NCBI GenBank assembly: GCA_000165425.1
Contig: CT868174.1
Coordinates: 372,001-436,000, forward strand
Direction: 5' to 3'
Origin: Paramecium tetraurelia
Lineage: Eukaryota
DNA: 64,000 nucleotides
The notes under the pieces are model-generated. The model was not told the DNA's origin and did not search any database. It saw nothing but the letters and a program-made list of their open reading frames with translations. The position numbers were made by a program, and so were the translations under genes. Positions 52,019 through 64,000 of this stretch are shown here, one piece after another; within the stretch, counting starts at the first letter, position 1; every line of letters starts with the position of its first letter.

Positions 52019-55000
52019 TCAAGAAAATAATTAACTACTTGCAACCTATACTTTCTTTTATTCACAAACTAACTTCCTAATTTTTTATATTTTTGGAAAT
52101 AATTGTTTTATAAAGACTATTCCTAGGCTCATAATTAAAAAACCCATCTGAATAAATCCTAAAGCAATTTTGTTGTCATAAGACAAATAAACCTCTCCAA
52201 TATCAAAATATAAAAATAAACTTAAACTAAATACCGTTAAAACACCTTCAATTATTAAGTATATAATTCTATCAATATGAGAGCATAATTTATATTTGTA
52301 GATTATGCAACATTAAGCTATACTACTGATAGATATTAGTAAACATTGCAAAATTTATTATTCTTAGAATAGTATTACTATGATATGGAATAGCGTAGCT
52401 CTGGAAATATCTAATGCAATAAATTTTATTTCAAGAGTTGCTAAAACATTTTTTTCCTTAGGATTGCTACATAAACTAAATGATTTTAATAACAAACTTA
52501 TGCATGTGAAAAATATTAAACTAGCTAAAACAGTAGTTATGATACTTCTCAAATTGTCGATTTTACAATAATGAAGTTACAAAATCACTTTAAATATCAA
52601 ATCCCATGAGTTAACATAAATAAGTTGTATTATTTAATCATAATTTTATAAATATTTAGTTTTCATCAAAGATTTGAAGCATTTTTAAAAATTAATAGTA
52701 AATTAATCATTTGCAATAAAATCTTTGATAATAGTGTTTTTTGATGTTTAAGATGTCTCAAGTATTTAATTAATCTAAAAAGTATATTATATAGATTTTC
52801 TGCAAAATAAAGTAGTGTTACCAATACTAAAAATTAAATTAATTGGGGTAAAATATTGGTAAAAAGATCAGCTTCTACATTATATTATTAAAATTTTCCA
52901 TTAAGATCAATTTATTTTTCTTTTCTTGTTATTAAATTTAAATAATCATCAATTTAAAAAAGTTATAAATAAGATGATATAGATAGCAATTCTTATGCCT
53001 AAAAATATATGTAGAGGTTTTCAGGATACTCAACATTAATAAATCTTAAAAAAGATTGATATTACAATAAATTCAAGGTTTCAACAACAAAAGAACTTTC
53101 ACCAGAAACTAAAGATATTATACAAATTAATATTGCTCCGATCATGAATGCTTTATTCGATTATTAGGCATAATTAGATACTTATTTGAGTTATTCAGAC
53201 ATTATTTTTGGTGTTTATAGAGTAATTGATTAATTACTATTAAAAAGAGTTTAATTATTTCCATTAATAATTTCTTGATTCAACTAAACTAAAAGAACTG
53301 GTTTTGTTTAAAGCTGTAAAAATAATTCAACTTAAACCTAATACTAAGCATGTTAAAGATCAAATGAGATATCTTAAATTGAATTGATTTTGATATTATA
53401 ATACTGAGAATCTAAGTCCTTAATGCTTATGTTAAATAGATTTTTGTCTTTTTAAACCTCATCAATAAATTTGACTTCTTGATCAAAAGTAATTTCAACA
53501 TACTATAGAGCAAAGGATTACGTTTTATAAGTAAGTTTCATACGAGGTTTTTTAGAATATACACATTCATATCCTCTGCATATCATATCATCATTTAATG
53601 ACAACCATTCAGGATTTTAACCATAACTTGTATTGTTATTAAAAGAATTAAGATCGTCTTATTCTGTATTTAACAAACATTTGTTATTTGATAGGGCATA
53701 ATCATTATTGCATTTAAGACATTCCCCTTTGTTGCATATTTGACAATGTAATGTACATTAAAATTTGCATTCATAACACCCATCAAATGGTAATTCATTT
53801 GAATCATCACATTCTTCATATTCATTAATTACAATTCCATCTCCGCAAATAGAAATACAAAAGTTATCTAAAGGCAAAAGTCCTATTTAGCATTAAATAC
53901 AATATTGTAAATCACATTTACTACAATAAGGTTTACACTTAAATTGACAATTAATACACCCCTCATTATCATCATCACATTATTCATTTGAAAATGGAAC
54001 CACTATGCCATCTCCACATTCTGGGTCACATAAAATATTAGTATTTACTAAAAAACCAAGAAAACATCCCTTGCAGTTTCCAAATTAACCAATCCACGCA
54101 ATTGATATCACATTAACATTCACAATTATAACATCCATCAAATGGATTAAGATTATTATCTTCACATTCTTCATTATCCATAATTTTAGAATCCCCACAT
54201 ACATTTAAATCATCATTACCAACAAATATAACTGTTATATGATTTGAATTGCATTAATTTTTGAATAAATAATTTCCTTATGAACATAAACCACATATCC
54301 CTTCTAAACAACTTATGCAATTAACATCACAATTTTAATTCAATTTTATACTATCTTGAATTTTTATCTATTAATCACATTATTCATTATTTTTCTAAAG
54401 ACCATCTCCACAGATAGAGTAACATTTAGATTATATTAATTAATAACCTTCTTAACAATTATAACAGATTCCTTAAAGACAATAAAGACAAGAGTCCTAA
54501 CAACTAAATTGACAAAGATGGCATCCGTCTCCAATAATAAAATTACCATCATCACATTATTCATCTTAAGTTATTGTTTTATCACCACAAATTGAATAAC
54601 ATAAATTATCAATTCTATTGTAACCACTTTTACATTTATAGACAGCCAAGTCCAGTTGTACTACAAGTGAGACAAGAAGGTTAACATCTTGCTTAACAAT
54701 TATTACAACCTTTATATGGTAATATAGAAGAATTCTCACATTATTCACCAACCACAATCAAAGCATCTCCACAAATTGGTATACATATTTTTTTATCAGA
54801 AAGATAATATCCAGTAGCGCATTCTTCACATCTATTATTTACGCAATTTATGCAAATAGTTATTGACTAACACTAAAATTAACAAGAGCTACTGCAACCA
54901 TCATAACTTAATTTATTGCCATCATCACATTGCTCTGAATTGACTCCTGAAGGATCAACTACGGCTAAGCCGTCTCCACATACATTTTAACAATAGTAAG

Positions 55001-58000
55001 ATTTAGGAACAAACCCAGGGAGTGCACAACTTAAGCATGTGTTGGTTGTATAATCACAAGATGAACAGCCAATTCTGCAGAAGTACTTACAATCTTTGCA
55101 CCCATCAGTATCAGAAGTGTTTCCATCTTCACATTATTCACTGCCAATTATTAGCCCATCTCCACATTTTTCTTTACATTACCAAGGAGTAATTAAAGGA
55201 TCAATATACCAACCTCCAGTTGCACACTCAAAACACTGTCCTTTTATACACATAGTACATGCAGGTTAACATTAATATTTACAATTAAAACATCCATCAT
55301 ATTCAATGGTATTGCCATCTTCACATTCTTCTATTCCTGTAATGATTCCATCTCCACAAACATCAGGACAAGGTAAAGTAGTTGATGAATCACAAGTTAC
55401 ACAATAAGCTGGACATTGAAATTAACAATTATAGCATAAGTCATTTAGGATTGTATTATTATCTTCACATTATTCATATCCTTTGATTTATAAATCTCCA
55501 CAAATAGGTTGACATTCTCCAGATACTAATTGAAATCCAGTATCACAAGAACTACAAGTTATTGTATGCCATATCAACTAATTATTATTACACAATTTAT
55601 AACATTCACTAAGAGATGGATCTTCTGTAGTTGGACAATCTATAATATGATTATTAAGTATACTTGTACAAACATTACTTAATTCATAATAACCAGGTGC
55701 ACAAACACATTTTAACCCTTTTAATAATCTATTTAAAGTAGAATTACATGTTAAACAGCCATCAATTGTGGTTCTAAAGCAAGTTAAGCATGATGAATGA
55801 CAAGATGAACAAGTTTATGTTGCAAATTAATAAGACATCCCTGTTGGACATCTACACGTTGATCCTACTTTTTCAATATTAGGAATATCATTGCATGTTA
55901 AACAGTCATCAGATGTTGGTCCAGTACAAGTTTTACAAAATTAATGACATAGCTAACATTTAGGATCAGAAATAATTGGATAATATCCATCAATACAATT
56001 ACATTACGCATTTGACAATTTTCTATTATTAGTAGTCAAGCATTCTATACAATAAGTAGAACTTAAACATTAATTACATTCAATAGGACAATTATAACAT
56101 TAATTTGAATCTTCATATTAGTTCACTTTGCAGAAACATCCTAATTTAGATTAGGTATAAGTTGGTTAACATGTTTAACAATCTAATTAAGATGTACAAG
56201 TTAAACAAGATGATGGACAAGTTAAACATCTTATAGATTCTTTATCATAATATTGATCACTCTAGCATTCTGCTTAAGAAAATTAAACTATATTAGAATC
56301 ATAAGTGCTGTTCCATTAAGTACATGTAGATTAATCTGAACATTATAAACAATAAGGTTAGCAATTATGAACAGCAATATAATAATTATAGTATGCACAA
56401 TATGCCTTGATTGGTTCATTATTTGGACCAAAGCATTCCCAAGTTATTGTTAATGTATTTGCATTATGTTTGACTCTTTCATATACTTTATCCTATTTTG
56501 TACCATCATAATCAGATAAATAATATTCTGCAGTTGATTTAGTGACTGGTGTATCACTCTCAATTGTATATATAAACTTCCCATCTGAAGGGAATGAAGG
56601 TCCATATAAAATATAAAATGCAATAGTAACACTGTGATGTGGATTGATTATATTATGAACCCTTTAGAATTTAGCTTATGCCCATACAAAAGGTCCTCCA
56701 AAGACTCTAAATCCTTACCAATATGAATAATAGATATCTGAACCTCTTAAAAAGTTCAATCCATTTTGAGAGATTAATGTATATTTTGCATATTATTCTG
56801 GATCACCTGCTAAATCTAGATATTCTTAAACCAAATATTAAGAGTCTATATATAATATTATATAATACAAGGTGTTTCATCAGCATAATCATAGCAATAA
56901 TAACCACTCAATCTCTAATAAGGAGATATGCAATCCTCTATGCATCTACCATCTCGATAAAAATAGTAACCACTTTTACAAGTCTTACATTTAAATGATA
57001 CTTCACAAAATACGCAATCTTCATGGCAAAATCCTGAAGTAATTTCGATTTTCTAGATTGCCCATCCAGCTGTATTATCGCTAATCTTAATATTGATATT
57101 TACGTATAATTTCCTGTTGCTGAAAATAAAAATGGATATTTTGGAATGTTAAAATATGTAATTAAGACATAAGTTTTGCTTGATGAATAGGTTAAATACG
57201 AACTAGATAATTAAGTTTAATAGATTTTGAATTTATGCGTTTGAATTCCGGATACATTTTTATAAATAGACCCTTAATAAGTATTATTAATCATAAACTT
57301 AATTCCACAATTAATTGGAATGTCATTAAATGCAACAATTATAATTTTAAATCCAAAATGAGTGATATCCAGTAGAGTAAAGGATATTACGGAAAAAATC
57401 TATAGAAGCCTGAGTTAAATTTAAATATACCAAATAAGTATTTAATAAGTATTAATTTTGGGGAGGTGTCAATATTTTATGGATCATATAATTCAAACCA
57501 TTATAAATCTGAATACCTATTACCAATTTGAGCACTTTCTATTATTCTATCTATGATATTTTTATTAAAAATTTTACTTGTAAATCTATTACAAAATCCA
57601 TTTGAATAAAATGATTAATCTATATCACAAATATCTTTGCACCCTGAGTATTTTTCATAATATTAATTAGATGGACAAGAAGGACAAATGTTATTTATAA
57701 GTGTACCTTCATAGCAACTAGTGCATTGGTTAAATTAAGGACCTGTGCAATCACTACATGATGGATAGCATATAAAAAATATAGAAGAGGTAACAAAATT
57801 TCTTATTGAAACTTAACCTGAATTAGTATTTAGGGATTTAAATTAGGGATAACCTGATTATAAACTTGGTATTGCAAATTTCCAAGTTTTGACTTCAAAA
57901 GGAATGGTATTGCAAAAACCAGTTGTCATTGGATAATTTGCAGGTGAAGTGTAGGTATATGTTTTTGAAAATGTTCCTATAGTAAATTAAACATTTTAAG

Positions 58001-58316
58001 ATAACCATGTACCATGAAAAAATAAATCTATAGACACATAATCTCCAACATCGTAAGTGCAACTTTCGTTATATTTAGCAGTTGCTTATGCATTATTTAA
58101 AGTGATGTAGCTTGTGGTAGGAGTTGTGCAATCGATAAAATTTGCAGGTGTTGAGCCTGACGACAATGTAAAATGCCAATATTACCAAAATTCATTATAT
58201 CTATCAGGAGTTGAGGTAAATATCTTATCATAGTATAGGAGTTGAGTCTTTGAATGCCATTATGATTTTGAAATAACAAGCAAGGCGAAAAGGATTTAAA
58301 TGATAGAAATAGTCAT
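52019..58316 (-). CDS. Giant Cys-rich surface protein, copy 2 (~2080 aa); at least three frameshifts as written (pseudogene or assembly error)
   Basis: MTISIIQILFALLVISKS signal; same architecture and intron positions as copy 1 but fewer CGDG repeats; frame breaks at ~57355-57400, ~54635 and ~54089; stop at 52019. Confidence 0.8.
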
Positions 58317-59734
58317 AAATAATAATAATAGAACTAATTTACATAAAATTCGAAATAATAGAAATGAAAATTTTCCATATAACGCTGAAAAATATGATTA
58401 TAGATTATCTTTGTGAAACGATTTACATTACTAAAAATAATTTTAAACATTAAATTAAATAACAAAGGATTAGAGAATTAGTAAAAATATTTATTAATTC
58501 ATGATGAATAATCAATAAAGAGTTTGAGATCATCTAATAGAATATTTATTTAAGAAATAAATTCGAAAGTATAAAAGAAGATTGATATTAATGAGGTGTA
58601 CGCTATTGATATTGTTTTAGGATTAGATTTTATATTTTTAATTAATAACTGTTTAAAGAAAATAAAATATGAGTTAATAGTGGGATTACCAAAGCCATAG
58701 TCTTAATTTCAATTACAATCTTTCAATAAACATATATATTAATAAAGTTAAATGGGTTTTAGATTATATTTTGGAATGACATTACCATTATTTTCTCCAA
58801 ATTCCTAAAAATTTAAATTTCTGAAAATAAGAAACTCTTGAAAAATAAATACATCATTTTTTGGCTTAAGTTAAGAAAAATTCCAAATATAGATATTTAT
58901 TTATTTTTAAGTAGATTTAAAAGAATTAGCAGGCTGATTTAGTGATGTAATAATGAAGACTTTTTAGAAATTTCAAATATTTTTTAGCATCTAATATCCA
59001 ACATAGATTACTCAAAATGACTGTGTTAAAGAGTATTTAAAATTCGAAAATATCAATTTATCCTTTAATTATGTTATTAGGATTAATAATGTTGAGCAAT
59101 ATGAGATATTAATTTATAGATAATAAGTACAAAAACAGAATTGAAATTTATACAAATGACTTAATGTTTTTATATTATTAAATTGATCCTATGTATAATT
59201 AATCTTGCTCTTTAATATAATTAATTGGTTTCAATAGTGGAATTGGACCCTAAATTATGAATAAAAAGACTGGAATTATTTGTTTATTTGATTGATTCAA
59301 TCCTGGATATTAATTTTGTAATTATCTTATCTTTCATATTTCATTTATACTTTTCATATAGTTCGAAAACAAATCAGTATTATTATTTGTCATGATTTTG
59401 TTTAAGGTTACATTAGCTTTTATGGTTATCAAGAATTTATTCATCTTTATTTCTAAAAGTCTTATCATCAATATCATCATTAAAACGTAATTTAGGTGAT
59501 ACTATTTAAACCACAAATAAGTCTGAATGAGCAATTTTCTTCAGAAACTGATCAAAATAATAATGTTCTATACCTTAACTATAAATTACTAATGCATTCC
59601 AATTATTAGTCAGCCATAATTTTTCTGATCTTTTCTTATCAAATATGTATTAGTATTACTAACATTTAGTTTACTTTTTTTCCTTAATTATACGCTGCTT
59701 TAACAATTTTGTGTTTCTTGAAAGATATTCTTTT

Positions 59735-60103
59735 TCAATGGAGAAATTGTCCATATTGAAGATTTTGAAGTTTGTATTCATATTTTTTTTAAATAAACAA
59801 TTTTGAGATTTTCCATTCATTTATTATTGAGTTACAGTTTTTAGCCGAATTTTGTTTAACTTACTGTTCTTCTACATTGTTTACACATTAATTTCTGCTA
59901 CCTTCACTTTTACTTTCTTCGTCTAATAAATATGCTTGAGATATGTTCCTATATTGAATAAAGTCGTTTATCTATACTCTTATTGTTATCTGCTGCGGTT
60001 ATTCTAGATAAGTAATCTTATTTTGCATAATTACATTGAGTGTCAAGAATACTTCATCTACTTTGCTATTCAATTATAATGTAAGGTTTCGTTTAGGTTG
60101 CAT
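59735..60103 (-). pseudogene. Coding-like fragment of unknown origin in the second spacer
   Basis: 123-codon frame MQPKRNLTLQLNSK...QFLH*, followed by further coding-like sequence in other frames down to ~59370; no recognisable domain. Confidence 0.3.
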
Positions 60104-60134
60104 TTTTGTACAAATGTCAATAGATTGACAATGT

Positions 60135-60900
60135 AATTTGAGAATTATGAATCAGAATGTAGAAATATGTTAACTGAAATAAAAATTAGCAATTCTAGAA
60201 AGAAAATTCGAACATTTAAAAACAATTCTTAAACTTTTGAATAAAGAGTTTAAATAGAATAAATAGATAACCAGTAAATAACGAAAGAACTTAATTAAAT
60301 ATCAGGTAAATTAGCAAAGATATTGATGAAAAAAAACAAAAGTTCTTATTATAATAACTTAATTAATCTGTATCATAAATAATTTGAGGAAATGGAATAA
60401 AACCAATAAAAAATTATACCTTAGTAAATGAATAAAATCATAATTTTAAAATTGATCAAGTTAATATTTAAAATCTGAAATATCTTCTGAAACTCTCATA
60501 CCATAAAAGTTTGAAAATGCTTATCATAAACTCTAAGAATTATAAAGCAATTATGATGATATTCTAACTTATAATTAATTACTGTTAAATATAAGATAAT
60601 AGCAATAAATTTACTGTGTTGTCTTTTGAAGTTTGTTGATATCGTAATTCTTAATAATGATTGTTAAGTTCAAAGAATTATAGAAATGAAGATAATACTT
60701 TAAAAAATACGAAATGTTTGAGCTAAGATAAAAAAAAATAATACGAAAACATTATAGTATATTGTTAAGAGCAAAAAAGAATACGATTTGGATCTCTTAG
60801 AAAAATAAATGATCAAAATATAATAGATAAATCGAAGCGAAAAGAATTATTGATAATTATTGTTTGAAACCTTAATGATAATTATATATATTTACTTATA
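60135..60900 (+). pseudogene. Second, longer decayed duplicate of the coiled-coil gene 3' end (homologous to ~41270-42100)
   Basis: attatgaatcagaatgtagaaatatgttaactgaaataa matches ~41275-41313; ccttaatgataattatatatattta matches the stop and 3' flank at 42061-42085; multiple indels and TGAs. Confidence 0.85.
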
Positions 60901-60997
60901 ATACTTTATTCTTACTTCATAAATTGATTAAATAAATATATCATAATATTAAAATATAATTTTAGTTTAAACATTTATTATGATTAAATACTTTGTC

Positions 60998-63900
60998 TCA
61001 AGAAAATAATTAACTACTTGCAACCTTTACTTTCTTTCCTTTAAAAACTAATTTCCAAATATTTTTGACAAATGGAAATAATTGTTTTACACAAACTATT
61101 CCGAGACTCATAATTAAAAAGCCCATATGAATAAATCCTAAGGTAATTTTGCTTTTATAAGAAATATAAAGCTGACCAATATCAAAATATAAAAATTAAC
61201 TTAAACTAAATACTGTTAAAACACCTTCAGTTGTCAAGAATATAATCCTATTCATATAAGAGCATTATTTATATTGGTAGATTATATAACATTAAGCTAT
61301 ATTACTCAAGGATATTAGTAAGAATTGCAAAATTTATTATTCTTAGAATAGTATTAAGACGACATGGAAAAAGAGAGTTCTGGAAATATCTAAAGTTATA
61401 AATTTTATGTCTAGCTATTCTATAAAATATTTTTCCTGTGGATCACTACATAAACTAAAAGATTTTAATAGTATGCTTATGCAAGCAAAAATTATTAGAC
61501 TAGCAGAGAAAGTGCTTAAAAAGCTTCTCAAATTGTCTATTTGAATATAATGAAGTTATAAAATCACTTTAAATATCAAATCCCATGAGTTAACGTATAT
61601 GAGTTATATTATTTAATCATAATTCTATAAATATCTAGTTTTCATCAAAGATTTGAAACAATTTTTGCAAACCAGTATTAAATTAATCATCACAAATAAA
61701 ATTTTAGATTGTGATGTTTTTTCATTTTTAAGATGTCTCAAGTATTTAATTAATCTAAAAAGTATATTATATAGATTTTCTGCAAAATAAAGTAGTGTTA
61801 CCAATACTAAAAATTAAATTAATTGGGGTAAAATATTGGTAAAAAGATCAGCTTCTACATTATATTATTAAAATTTTCCATTAAGATCAATTTATTTTTC
61901 TTTTCTTGTTATTAAATTTAAATAATCATCAAATTAAAAAAGTTATAAATAAGATGATATAGATAGCAATTCTTATGCTTAAAAATATATGTAGAGGTTT
62001 TCAGGATACTCAACATTAATAAATCTTAAAAAAGATTGATATTACAATAAATTCAAGGTTTCAACAACAAAAGAACTTTCACCAGAAACTAAAGATATTA
62101 CACATATTGATATTGCTCCGATCATGAATGCTTTATTCGATTATTAGGCATAATTAGATACTTATTTGAGTTATTCAGACATTATTTTTGGTGTTTATAG
62201 AGTAATTGATTAATTACTATTAAAGAGTGATTAATTATTTCCATTAATAATTTCTTGATTCAACTAAACTAAAAGAACTGGTTTTGTTTAAAGCTCTAAA
62301 AATAATTCAATTTAAACCTAATACTAAGCATGTTAAAGATCAAATGAGATATCTTAAATTGAATTGATTTTAATATTATAATACTGAGAATCTAAGTCGT
62401 TAATGCTTATGTTAAATAGATTTTTGTCTTTTTAAACCTCATCACTAAATTTGACTTCTTAATCAAAAGTAATATCAACATACTATAGAGCAAATGATTA
62501 AGTTTTATAAGTAAGTTTCATACTAGGTTTTTTAGAGTATACACATTCATATCCTCTGCATAACATATTTTCATTTAATGACAACCATTCAGGATTTTAA
62601 CCATAACTTGTATTGTTATTATTACTTGCATTATTATTTTAAGTTTCTTCAGTATTGCTAAGATTAAGATCATCATTTTCTTTATTGAACGAACATTAGT
62701 TATTTTATAAGGTATAGTCATTTTGGCATTAAAAACATTCCCCTTAGTTGCATATTTGACAATATAATGTACATTAAAATTTGCATTCATAACATCCATC
62801 ATAAGGAACATCATTCTTATCATCGCAATATTCATTGCCTGCAACAATACCATCTCCACATTAAGTAAAACAATCATTACTCTAATTATCATAATACAAT
62901 CCTTTTAAATCTTCACATGATGCTAGTTATTCACAAATACTTTTTGATTGTATAAGTATTAAAGGGGATTCACATAATGTACACTATCCAAATTAGCAAT
63001 CTAAACATTCCGTTTGACATTAATATTTACACTAGTAACAACCATCATATTTCAAATCATTGCCATCATCACAAGCTTCATCGCTTGCTAGTATCTTATC
63101 ACCACAAACAGAGTTGCATGAATTACTTACAATATCCAAATAGAACCCTGAAATGCAATTAGTACAAATTCCATAAGCACAGAACTCACAATATTGAGGA
63201 CAATAGAATTTACAATTTAAACAAGTATCTAATTCATATTCTCTTCTGTCATCACATTCCTCTTCCTAAACAATAATACCATCTCCACATTTAGGCATAC
63301 ACTAGTTTCCATAATATCCAAATTCACATTCTAAACATTTGTAATGCACACATTTTTTACAAGTTTTAGGGCATTTATTCATGTTATAATCAATTATACA
63401 TGTGTTGGTAAATGAATCAAGATATGGTGATAATTTCAGTTATTATTGACAAAGACTTTATGGTGCTACTATTAAATTACACATATACTCAAAATTTTCA
63501 AAGTATACATAATCTTCACATTAAATGCAACTGTTTCCAATTTAAATATGACAGTATTCTATTATCATAAAACTATACTCTAGAGACTTAATGCAATATT
63601 TTTTGTTTGAGGATAATTCATATCCGTCCTTACATTGGTAACATATACCAAGTTAACACAATAAGCAATTTAAATTGCAAGTAAGTTGACAAGATTAACA
63701 ATTTTGATAAATCTGTAATGAAGAGTTAATATCACATTATTCATTATTTTTCTAAAGACCATCTCCACATATAGAGTAACATTTAGATTATATTAATTAA
63801 TAACCTTCTTAACAATCATAACAGATTCCTTAAAGACAATAAAGACAAGAGTCCTAACAATTAAATTGACAAAGATGGCATCCGTCTCCAATAATAAAAT

Positions 63901-64000
63901 TACCATCATCACATTATTCATCTTAAGTTATTATTTTATCACCACAAATTGAATAACATAAATTATCAATTCTATTGTAACCACTTTTACATTAGAGACA
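60998..64000 (-). CDS. Giant Cys-rich surface protein, copy 3 (3' part; runs off the window end)
   Basis: Same C-terminal multi-pass domain (ends VASSQLFS*) and CGDG repeats; lacks ~1.46 kb present in copy 1, in frame. Confidence 0.85.

Larger units (their letters stand above)
41270..64000. repeat. Tandem segmental duplication, unit ~9-10 kb (coiled-coil 3' end + receptor gene + upstream spacer), at least three units
   Basis: Repeated gene order; long near-identical tracts 46400-48730 vs 54385-56710, 52730-53500 vs 61730-62500, 43900-44620 vs 62700-63420; spacer homology 51310-51470 vs 58780-58945. Confidence 0.9.

Noticed and set aside
58950..60130. Transposon insertion in the second spacer
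   Set aside because: No terminal inverted repeats, target duplication or transposase/RT motifs visible; the length difference can equally be a deletion in the first spacer
1..64000. tRNA, rRNA or telomeric (C4A2/C3A3) repeats
   Set aside because: None recognised by eye; tRNAscan-SE or Infernal would be needed to exclude small RNAs

Overview
AT-rich, gene-dense ciliate macronuclear DNA, most likely Paramecium. Genes read with genetic code 6 (TAA/TAG = Gln, TGA the only stop) and carry tiny 20-31 nt GT..AG introns, so the supplied standard-code ORF track is fragmentary or antisense. Positions 1-42 kb hold, in order: an LRR gene (partial), two tandem Rubisco-LSMT-type SET methyltransferases, a hypothetical gene, epsilon-COP, a PHD-finger gene with two unusually long introns, threonyl-tRNA synthetase (large Gln/His insert plus a C-terminal GST-like appendage), RSPH14, a Tudor/MBT-like pseudogene, eEF2, UPRT, an epiplasmin, a WD40 gene, CDC40/PRP17, a cNMP-domain channel-like gene with a degenerate filter, three small MGC-start genes, a USP, a MerC-like membrane protein, small genes and a 1033-aa coiled-coil gene. 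Positions 42-64 kb are a tandem segmental array of at least three giant, mosaic Cys-rich multi-pass surface-receptor genes. The second and third copies each carry a decayed copy of the coiled-coil gene 3' end. Several conserved genes contain single-base insertions that most likely are assembly errors. All family assignments come from manual translation and motif recognition; no database search was run.
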